Shown: positions 57,440-64,000 of the stretch, piece after piece
Layout of the letters: every line of letters begins with the position of its first letter
Numbering within the stretch: the first letter of the stretch is position 1
Assembly (NCBI GenBank): GCA_031459625.1
Contig: JAVKIH010000014.1
Span: forward strand, 1-64,000
DNA length: 64,000 nucleotides
Source of the DNA: Candidatus Geohabitans tengchongensis
Lineage (GTDB): Bacteria > Sysuimicrobiota > Sysuimicrobiia > Sysuimicrobiales > Humicultoraceae
Direction of reading: 5' to 3'
Translations under genes and position numbers: made by a program
Notes under the pieces: generated by a model
What the model was told of the DNA's origin: nothing
The model's database searches: none
Seen by the model: only the letters and a program-made list of their open reading frames with translations

Positions 57440-58720
57440 TCACCGCATGAACCCTTCGTAGTGGCGCATGAGCACGTAGGCCTCGATCTGCTTCATCGTC
57501 TCCAGGGCCACGCCGACGACGATGAGGAGCGAGGTCCCGGCCAGGTAGAAGGTCAGGGCGCCCTGCCCTTGGGAGAGGTAGATGGGGAGGACGGCGATGA
57601 CGGCCAGGATGAGCGCCCCCACGAAGGTCAGGCGCTCGGTGACGCGCGCCAGGTACTCGCTGGTGGGCCGCCCCGGGCGGATGCCCGGGATGAACCCGCC
57701 GTACTTCTTGATGTTGTTGGCGATGTCGTTGGGGTCGAAGGAGACCGCCGTGTAGAAGTACGTGAAGACGATGATCAGCACGAAGTAGAGCAGGTCGCCC
57801 AGCCAGAAGCCGGGGAGGATCATCTGGGCGTAGCGGCGCAGCCACTCGTAGGGCGTGAACTGGGCGATGGTCTGGGGGAACTGCAGCACGGAGATGGCGA
57901 AGATGATCGGGATCACGCCGGCCTGGATGAGCCGCATGGGCAGGTGGGTGGACTGCCCGCCGTAGACGCGCCGCCCCACCACCCGCTTGGCGTACTGGAC
58001 GGGGATGCGGCGCACCGCCTGGGTGATGGCCACCACGGCCACGATGGAGACCACCACGATGGCGATGTCCAGGAGGAAGGCGTACCAGGGGATCTCCCCC
58101 ACGCGGACCAGCGCGATGGTGCGGCCGATGCGGTCGGGCAGGCGGGCCACGATCCCCCCGAAGATGATCAGGGAGACCCCGTTGCCCACCCCGTACTCGG
58201 TCATGATCTCCCCCATCCAGGTGAGCAGCATCGTCCCGGCCACCAGCGTGATGACGATGGTCCCCAGCGTCAGCGGCCGGGCGTCCGGGACGGCGCCCTG
58301 GCTCCGGATGAGGAAGAGCTGGCCGATGCCCTGCAGCACCGCCAGGACGACGGTGAGGTAGCGGGTGTAGTAGCCCAGCTTGCGCCGCCCCGCCTCCCCC
58401 TCCTCCTGCGCCAGCTCCTTCAGGCGGGGGAAGACCACCTGGAGGAGGCTCATGATGATGGAGGCGGTGATGTAGGGGAAGACCCCCAGGGCGAAGAGGG
58501 CGAAGTTCGATAGGGCGCCGCCCACGAAGAGGTCGAAGAAGGAGAAGAGGCTGCCCTGCTGGCGGAAGAGGCGCTCCAGCGCCCGCACGTCCACGCCGGG
58601 GACGGGCAGGTGGGCGCCCAGGCGGTAGAGCACCAGCATCACCGCCGTGAAGAGGAGCCGTCGGCGCAGGTCGGGGATGCGCAGCGGGTTGCTCAGCGAG
58701 CGGACCTGGGCGACCGCCAT
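57440..58720 (-). CDS. secY: Preprotein translocase SecY
   Basis: PYITASII, GNGVSLIIF, GVIPIIFA, IPGIRPG. Confidence 0.99.
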   Translation of the reverse strand: MAVAQVRSLSNPLRIPDLRRRLLFTAVMLVLYRLGAHLPVPGVDVRALERLFRQQGSLFSFFDLFVGGALSNFALFALGVFPYITASIIMSLLQVVFPRLKELAQEEGEAGRRKLGYYTRYLTVVLAVLQGIGQLFLIRSQGAVPDARPLTLGTIVITLVAGTMLLTWMGEIMTEYGVGNGVSLIIFGGIVARLPDRIGRTIALVRVGEIPWYAFLLDIAIVVVSIVAVVAITQAVRRIPVQYAKRVVGRRVYGGQSTHLPMRLIQAGVIPIIFAISVLQFPQTIAQFTPYEWLRRYAQMILPGFWLGDLLYFVLIIVFTYFYTAVSFDPNDIANNIKKYGGFIPGIRPGRPTSEYLARVTERLTFVGALILAVIAVLPIYLSQGQGALTFYLAGTSLLIVVGVALETMKQIEAYVLMRHYEGFMR

Positions 58721-59211
58721 CAGCGCGCTCCCTCCCGCCGCCGGCCGGCTACCTCCACCCGACCCCCCGCCGCCTCGATGGCGGCGCGCGCGCCTCGGGT
58801 CACCCCCGCCACGCGCACCACCAAGGGGTGGGGGAGCGGCCCGCGGCCGATGACGCGCACCGGCCCGCGGTCCACCAGCCCCGCCTCGCGGAGCGCGGCC
58901 TCGGTGACCTCACTCCCGGCGGGGAAGCGCGCCAGTGCGCGCACCTGGACTTCGGCCGGCCGCCGCCGCGGTGGGCCGCCGGTCATGACGCTGCCGCCGG
59001 CGCGCACCCCGCGGCGGAAGGGCAGGCGCTTGGCCAGGGGCGTCTGGCCGCCCTCGAACCCGGGCCGGGGACCGGACCCGGAGCGGGCGCGCTGCCCCTT
59101 GCGGCCGCGCCCGGCGTAGACCCCGCGGCCCGAGCCCAGGCCGCGGCCCACGCGCCGCCGCCGTCGCCGGGCCCCGGGCGCCGGTGTGAGCGTGTCGCTG
59201 CGGATCGCCAT
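58720..59211 (-). CDS. rplO: 50S ribosomal protein L15
   Basis: [20 protein letters not shown]. Confidence 0.97.
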   Translation of the reverse strand: MAIRSDTLTPAPGARRRRRRVGRGLGSGRGVYAGRGRKGQRARSGSGPRPGFEGGQTPLAKRLPFRRGVRAGGSVMTGGPPRRRPAEVQVRALARFPAGSEVTEAALREAGLVDRGPVRVIGRGPLPHPLVVRVAGVTRGARAAIEAAGGRVEVAGRRREGAR

Positions 59212-59235
59212 GATCGCCTCGCTGGTCCTCCCGCG

Positions 59236-59772
59236 CTACCGTACCAGGGCCTCGCGCCGCCGGCGCGGCACCAGCTCCTCGACGCGCTTGCCGCGGATGG
59301 CCGCGACCTCCTCGGGGCGGCGCAGCTCCAGCAGCCCGGCCACGGTGGCCCGGGCCTGGTTGATGGGATTGCTCGAGCCGAGCGACTTCGTCAGGATGTC
59401 CTTGATCCCGGCCGCCTCCAGGACGGCGCGCACCGGTCCGCCGGCGATGACCCCGGTCCCCTCGGAGGCGGGCTTGAGCAGCACCCGCGCCGCCCCGTAC
59501 CGGCCGATGACCTCGTGGGGGATGGTCGTCCCCATGCGCGGGACCTCGAACAGGTGCTTCTTGGCGTCCTCGACCGCCTTGCGGATGGCGTCGGGGACCT
59601 CGGCCGCCTTCCCCAGCCCCACCCCGGCGTGCCCCTGCTCGTCCCCCACGACCACCAGCGCGCTGAAGTTGAAGCGCTTCGCCCCCTTGGTGACCTTGGC
59701 GACGCGGTTGATCCACACCGTCTTCTCGGTGGTCAGGGTAACGCTCTCCGGGTCGATCCGCCCTCTGGCCAT
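59236..59772 (-). CDS. rpsE: 30S ribosomal protein S5
   Basis: [22 protein letters not shown]. Confidence 0.99.
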   Translation of the reverse strand: MARGRIDPESVTLTTEKTVWINRVAKVTKGAKRFNFSALVVVGDEQGHAGVGLGKAAEVPDAIRKAVEDAKKHLFEVPRMGTTIPHEVIGRYGAARVLLKPASEGTGVIAGGPVRAVLEAAGIKDILTKSLGSSNPINQARATVAGLLELRRPEEVAAIRGKRVEELVPRRRREALVR

Positions 59773-59800
59773 GCCGCCTCCTGTGCCGGGACCTCCAGCG

Positions 59801-60169
59801 CTAGAACTCCAGCCCGCCCTCGCGGGCCCCTTCGGCGAGCGCCCGCACCCGCCCGTGGTAGAGGTAGCCGCCGCGGTCGAAGACGACCCGGCGGATCCCC
59901 TTGGCCTGCGCCCGCCGCGCCACCAGCAGGCCCACCAGGCGGCTGGCCTCGCTCTTGCGCTTGCCCCGCACCTCGCCCCGGATCTCGGGGTCGAGGGTCG
60001 AGGCCGCCGCGAGCGTCCGTCCGGTGGTGTCGTCCACCACCTGGGCGTAGATGTGCGCCAGGCTGCGGAAGACCGAGAGCCGGGGGCGCTCCGGCGTCCC
60101 GTGCACCCGCTGGCGCACGCGCCGGTGACGTCGCTGGCGCAGCACGTTGCGATCCTGACGCTTGATCAT
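59801..60169 (-). CDS. rplR: 50S ribosomal protein L18
   Basis: [21 protein letters not shown]. Confidence 0.99.
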   Translation of the reverse strand: MIKRQDRNVLRQRRHRRVRQRVHGTPERPRLSVFRSLAHIYAQVVDDTTGRTLAAASTLDPEIRGEVRGKRKSEASRLVGLLVARRAQAKGIRRVVFDRGGYLYHGRVRALAEGAREGGLEF

Positions 60170-60214
60170 CCTCTGCCACTCCCTGCCGCACCGCCCGTCC
60201 CCGGGCCGGTGCCC

Positions 60215-60766
60215 CTACGCCTTGCCGGCCGCGCGCCCGGCCTTCCCCGGCTTCAGCTTGACGCGCTCGCCCAGGTAGCGGATCCCCTTGCCCTTGTAGG
60301 CGTCGGGGGGCCGGACGGCGCGGACCCGCGCGGCCACCTGGCCCACCAGCTCCCGGTCGATGCCGCTCACCACCACCCGGTTGGGGGCGGGGACCTCGAA
60401 GGTGATCCCGGGCGGCGGCGCGATCTCCACCGGGTGGGAGAACCCCACCTGCAGGACCAGCCGGTCGCCCTGACGCGCCGCGCGGTAGCCGACGCCGTGG
60501 ATCTCCAGCTCCACGCGGTAGCCCTCCGTCACCCCGCGCACCATGTTGGCCAGCAAGGCCCGGGTGAGGCCGTGGAGGGCGCGGTGGTGGCGCTGGTCGG
60601 TCGGGCGGCGCACGAGCAGCGTCCCGTCCTGCACCTCCACCTGCAGGTCCGGGTGCACCACCCGCTCCAGCGCACCCCGCGGCCCCTGCACCGCCACCCG
60701 CTGGCCGGTCACCGTGACCTGGACGCCGGGCGGCAGGGGAATCGGAGCCTTGCCGATGCGTGACAT
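60215..60766 (-). CDS. rplF: 50S ribosomal protein L6
   Basis: [21 protein letters not shown]. Confidence 0.99.
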   Translation of the reverse strand: MSRIGKAPIPLPPGVQVTVTGQRVAVQGPRGALERVVHPDLQVEVQDGTLLVRRPTDQRHHRALHGLTRALLANMVRGVTEGYRVELEIHGVGYRAARQGDRLVLQVGFSHPVEIAPPPGITFEVPAPNRVVVSGIDRELVGQVAARVRAVRPPDAYKGKGIRYLGERVKLKPGKAGRAAGKA

Positions 60767-60775
60767 CGCCACCTC

Positions 60776-61171
60776 CTACCAGACGTAGGCCAGGACCTCG
60801 CCCCCGACGCCCTGCCGCCGGGCCTCGCGGTCGGTCATCAGCCCGCGGGAGGTGGAGAGGATGGCCACCCCCAGCCCGCCGCGCACCCGGGGGATCTCGG
60901 TGCGGCGCCGGTAGATGCGCAGCCCCGGCCGGCTCACCCGTCGGATGCCGGTCAGCACCGGCTCGCGCTGCGGGCCGTACCGCAGCACGATCCGCAGTAC
61001 CGGCTGCGGGCGGCGGTCGATCTGCTGGACGTCGGCGATGAACCCCTCCTGCTTGAGGATGCGGGCGATCTCCAGCTTCAGCCGGCTGGCCGGCACGTCC
61101 ACGAACTCGTGCCGGGCCCGGCTGGCGTTGCGCAGTCGGGTCAGCATGTCTGCGATGGTGTCGGTGACCAC
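60776..61171 (-). CDS. rpsH: 30S ribosomal protein S8
   Basis: [26 protein letters not shown]. Confidence 0.99.
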   Translation of the reverse strand: MVTDTIADMLTRLRNASRARHEFVDVPASRLKLEIARILKQEGFIADVQQIDRRPQPVLRIVLRYGPQREPVLTGIRRVSRPGLRIYRRRTEIPRVRGGLGVAILSTSRGLMTDREARRQGVGGEVLAYVW

Positions 61172-61218
61172 TCCGCCCACGGCCCTGCCTCCTCGTCCGC
61201 CACGCCCTGCGCGCCTCC

Positions 61219-61404
61219 TCACCAGCTCGCCTTCACCAGGCCGGGGATCTCGCCCCGGTGGGCCAGCTCGCGCAGGCAGATGCGGCACAGGCCGAAGCGG
61301 CGGAAGACCGCCCGGGGCCGCCCGCAGCGCAGGCAGCGCGAGTAGGCCCGCACCCGGAACTTCGGCGTGCGCCGCCACTTGTTCAGCAGTGCCTTCTTGG
61401 CCAT
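61219..61404 (-). CDS. rpsN: 30S ribosomal protein S14 (Zn-type)
   Basis: RC..CGR...CRIC.R...PG..KASW. Confidence 0.98.
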   Translation of the reverse strand: MAKKALLNKWRRTPKFRVRAYSRCLRCGRPRAVFRRFGLCRICLRELAHRGEIPGLVKASW

Positions 61405-61423
61405 CCCGCCTCCTCGCCTCCGC

Positions 61424-61987
61424 CTACGCCGCCCCGGCCGGCGCCGCCTCCCGCAGCGGGAGGCCCAACAGGCGCAGCAGCTCGCGCGCCTCCTCGTCGG
61501 TCCGTGCCGTCGTGACGATGGTGATGTCCATCCCCCGGATCCGGTCGACCTTGTCGTAGTCGATCTCCGGGAAGATGAGCTGCTCGCGCACCCCCAGGTT
61601 GAGGTTCCCGCGGCCGTCGAAGGCCCGCTCCGAGACGCCCTTGAAGTCCTTGATCCGCGGCAGCGCCACGTTGAAGAGCTTGTCCAGGAACTCGTACATC
61701 CGGTCCCCGCGCAGGGTGACCTTGGCCCCGATGGGCATCCCGGCCCGCAGCTTAAAGGCGGCGATGGACTTCCGGGCGCGGGTCACCAGCGGGCGCTGCC
61801 CGGTGATGGTGGCCAGCTCCTCCACCGCCTTGTCGATCTGCCGCGGGTCCTGCACCGCCTCCCCGACGCGCATGTTCACCACGACCTTCTCGACGCGGGG
61901 CACCTCCATGACGTTGCGGTAGCCGAAGCGCTCGCGCAGCCGGGGGACGACCTCCTGCCGGTACCGGAGCTTCAACCGTGCCGCCAT
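61424..61987 (-). CDS. rplE: 50S ribosomal protein L5
   Basis: ITGQ.P, LPRIKDF.G, FDGRGN, FPEI. Confidence 0.99.
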   Translation of the reverse strand: MAARLKLRYRQEVVPRLRERFGYRNVMEVPRVEKVVVNMRVGEAVQDPRQIDKAVEELATITGQRPLVTRARKSIAAFKLRAGMPIGAKVTLRGDRMYEFLDKLFNVALPRIKDFKGVSERAFDGRGNLNLGVREQLIFPEIDYDKVDRIRGMDITIVTTARTDEEARELLRLLGLPLREAAPAGAA

Positions 61988-61992
61988 GTCCC

Positions 61993-62331
61993 TCACCCGA
62001 TCTGCTCGCCGCAGCGGCGGCAGACCCGCACCTTCACACCCTCGGCGGTCACGGTGTGGCCGAAGCGCACCGCCTCCCCGCAGCGCGGGCAGACGAGCAT
62101 GACCTTGCTGCTGGGGATCGGCGCCTCCTTCTCCAGGATGCCGCCCTGCGGATGCTTCGGGGAGGGCTTGGCGTGGCGCTTGACCACGTTCACGCCCTCG
62201 ACGATGATCCGCCCGACGTCCGGGAAGACCTTGAGGACCTTCCCGCGCTTGCCCCGGTACCTGCCGCCCACCACCTCGACCATGTCGCCCCGGCGTACGT
62301 GCACGCGGCGGCGGGCCACCGGCGTCGCCAT
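61993..62331 (-). CDS. rplX: 50S ribosomal protein L24
   Basis: GD.V.V..G, VEGVN, E.PI..S. Confidence 0.98.
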   Translation of the reverse strand: MATPVARRRVHVRRGDMVEVVGGRYRGKRGKVLKVFPDVGRIIVEGVNVVKRHAKPSPKHPQGGILEKEAPIPSSKVMLVCPRCGEAVRFGHTVTAEGVKVRVCRRCGEQIG

Positions 62332-62335
62332 GGCC

Positions 62336-62707
62336 TCAGAGCACCTCCGGCGCCAGCGAGATGATCTTGGTGAACTGCCGCTCCCGCAGCTCCCGGGCCA
62401 CCGGACCGAAGATCCGGGTCCCGCGCGGGTTCTGCCCGTCGGGGGTGAGCAGGACGGCGGCGTTGTCGTCGAACCGGATGTAGGAGCCGTCCGGCCGGCG
62501 CACCTCCTTGGTCGTGCGCACCACCACCGCCTTCACCACGTCCCCCTTCTTGACGGGGCTGTTGGGGATGGCCTGCTTGACGCTCCCCACGACGACGTCG
62601 CCCACCGTGGCGTAGCGCCGCCGCCCCCCGCCGAGCACCCGGATGACCAGGAGCTCGCGGGCTCCCGTGTTGTCCGCCACCTTCAGGCGGCTCTGCTGCT
62701 GGATCAT
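62336..62707 (-). CDS. rplN: 50S ribosomal protein L14
   Basis: [26 protein letters not shown]. Confidence 0.99.
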   Translation of the reverse strand: MIQQQSRLKVADNTGARELLVIRVLGGGRRRYATVGDVVVGSVKQAIPNSPVKKGDVVKAVVVRTTKEVRRPDGSYIRFDDNAAVLLTPDGQNPRGTRIFGPVARELRERQFTKIISLAPEVL

Positions 62708-63078
62708 CGCTCCGTCCTCCGTCCCTCCTCGGCGCCCGAGCCGGCCGCCCGGCGCCGCGCCGCCCGGCCGGCCGGGACCGGCTCCTCCAGGGCCAGGGCG
62801 CCCGCCTCCCCCGCCTCCAGGCGCGCCCGCTCCAGGACCCGCACGATGCGCCAGCGCTTCTCCTTGCTGAGCGGCCGCGTCTCGGCGATGAGGACGACGT
62901 CGCCGACCCGGGTCGCGTTCGTCTCGTCGTGCGCTTTGTACCGCCGGACGTGGCGCACCGCCTTCTCGTAGAGCGGGTGGCGCCGGAGCGCCTCCACCTG
63001 GACCACTCGGGTCTTGTCCATGCGGTCGCTGACCACGACCCCGGTCAGCTCCTTGCGCCGGTGCGCCCGCTCGGCCAT
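62704..63078 (-). CDS. rpsQ: 30S ribosomal protein S17 (C-terminal extension)
   Basis: GVVVSD.MDKT, HPLY.K, ETRPLSK.KRW. Confidence 0.98.
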   Translation of the reverse strand: MAERAHRRKELTGVVVSDRMDKTRVVQVEALRRHPLYEKAVRHVRRYKAHDETNATRVGDVVLIAETRPLSKEKRWRIVRVLERARLEAGEAGALALEEPVPAGRAARRRAAGSGAEEGRRTER

Positions 63079-63270
63079 CTACGCCCGCACTCCCTTCTCG
63101 GCCAGCACCTGCAGCATGCGGGCCACGTCCCGTCGCAGCTCGCGGATCCGGCCGGTGTTGCGCTGCGGCCCCACCTTGAGGCGCAGCGTGAACAGCTCCT
63201 TGCGGGCATCCGCCAGGCGCCGCTGCAGCTCCTCCACCGTCAGCTCGCGCAGCTCCGCGGCGCGCGCCAT
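63079..63270 (-). CDS. rpmC: 50S ribosomal protein L29
   Basis: ELR....EL, ELF.LR, R.DVAR. Confidence 0.95.
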   Translation of the reverse strand: MARAAELRELTVEELQRRLADARKELFTLRLKVGPQRNTGRIRELRRDVARMLQVLAEKGVRA

Positions 63271-63689
63271 CACGCCATCACCTCGGGGCGGGTGAGGAAC
63301 TTCGTCTTGATGGGCAGCTTGTGCCCCGCCAGTGTCATGGCCTCCCGGGCCACCGCCTCCTCCACCCCCGCCAGCTCGAAGATGATCCGGCCGGGCTTCA
63401 CCACCGCCACCCACAGCTCCGGGTTGCCCTTACCGCCGCCCATGCGGGTCTCCGCCGGCTTCTTCGTCACCGGCTTGTCCGGGAAGACCCGGATCCACAG
63501 CTTCCCGCCCCGCTTGATGAAGCGGGTGATGGCCCGCCGGGCCGCCTCGATCTGGGCGCTGGTCAGCCAGGCCGGCTCGAGCGCCTGCAGGGCGTACTCC
63601 CCGAAGGCGATGCTCGACCCCGCCGTGGCCACCCCGCGGCGCGTGCCCCGGTGGGCCTTGCGGTACTTGGTCCGCTTCGGCATCAACAT
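63270..63689 (-). CDS. rplP: 50S ribosomal protein L16
   Basis: [21 protein letters not shown]. Confidence 0.99.
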   Translation of the reverse strand: MLMPKRTKYRKAHRGTRRGVATAGSSIAFGEYALQALEPAWLTSAQIEAARRAITRFIKRGGKLWIRVFPDKPVTKKPAETRMGGGKGNPELWVAVVKPGRIIFELAGVEEAVAREAMTLAGHKLPIKTKFLTRPEVMA

Positions 63690-63696
63690 GGCCGGC

Positions 63697-64000
<304 letters not shown>

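Overview
High-GC (roughly 70%+ by eye) bacterial chromosome window, almost all on the minus strand. Gene content suggests a Terrabacteria-type organism, possibly Armatimonadota-like; this is an inference only. From left to right it holds: (1) a 5'-eroded STAND ATPase gene and a HEPN-MNT pair; (2) a dcw cluster (mraZ-rsmH-ftsL-ftsI ... murE-murF-mraY-murD-ftsW-murG-murC-murB-ftsQ ... ftsA-ftsZ) interrupted by about 7 kb of signalling/accessory genes and by small ORFs and gene remnants; (3) a lower-GC cassette (about 28.9-36.2 kb) encoding an MFS transporter, a degenerate plus intact pair of membrane HD-GYP proteins, and a frameshift-split SARP/STAND/TPR/HTH regulator, with both GC boundaries inside genes; (4) rnpB, an RNase HI-HicB-like fusion, tRNA-Val, two candidate small structured RNAs, a mutM-ireB(reoM)-murA-GGDEF-HAD run and tRNA-Ile2; (5) truA, the ECF module and the alpha/spc/S10 ribosomal protein cluster, which lacks rpmD. 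The best candidate for an undescribed system is the MFS/HD-GYP pair/SARP-STAND cassette. No CRISPR array, integrase or transposase was seen. All family calls come from motif recognition by eye, not from database searches.
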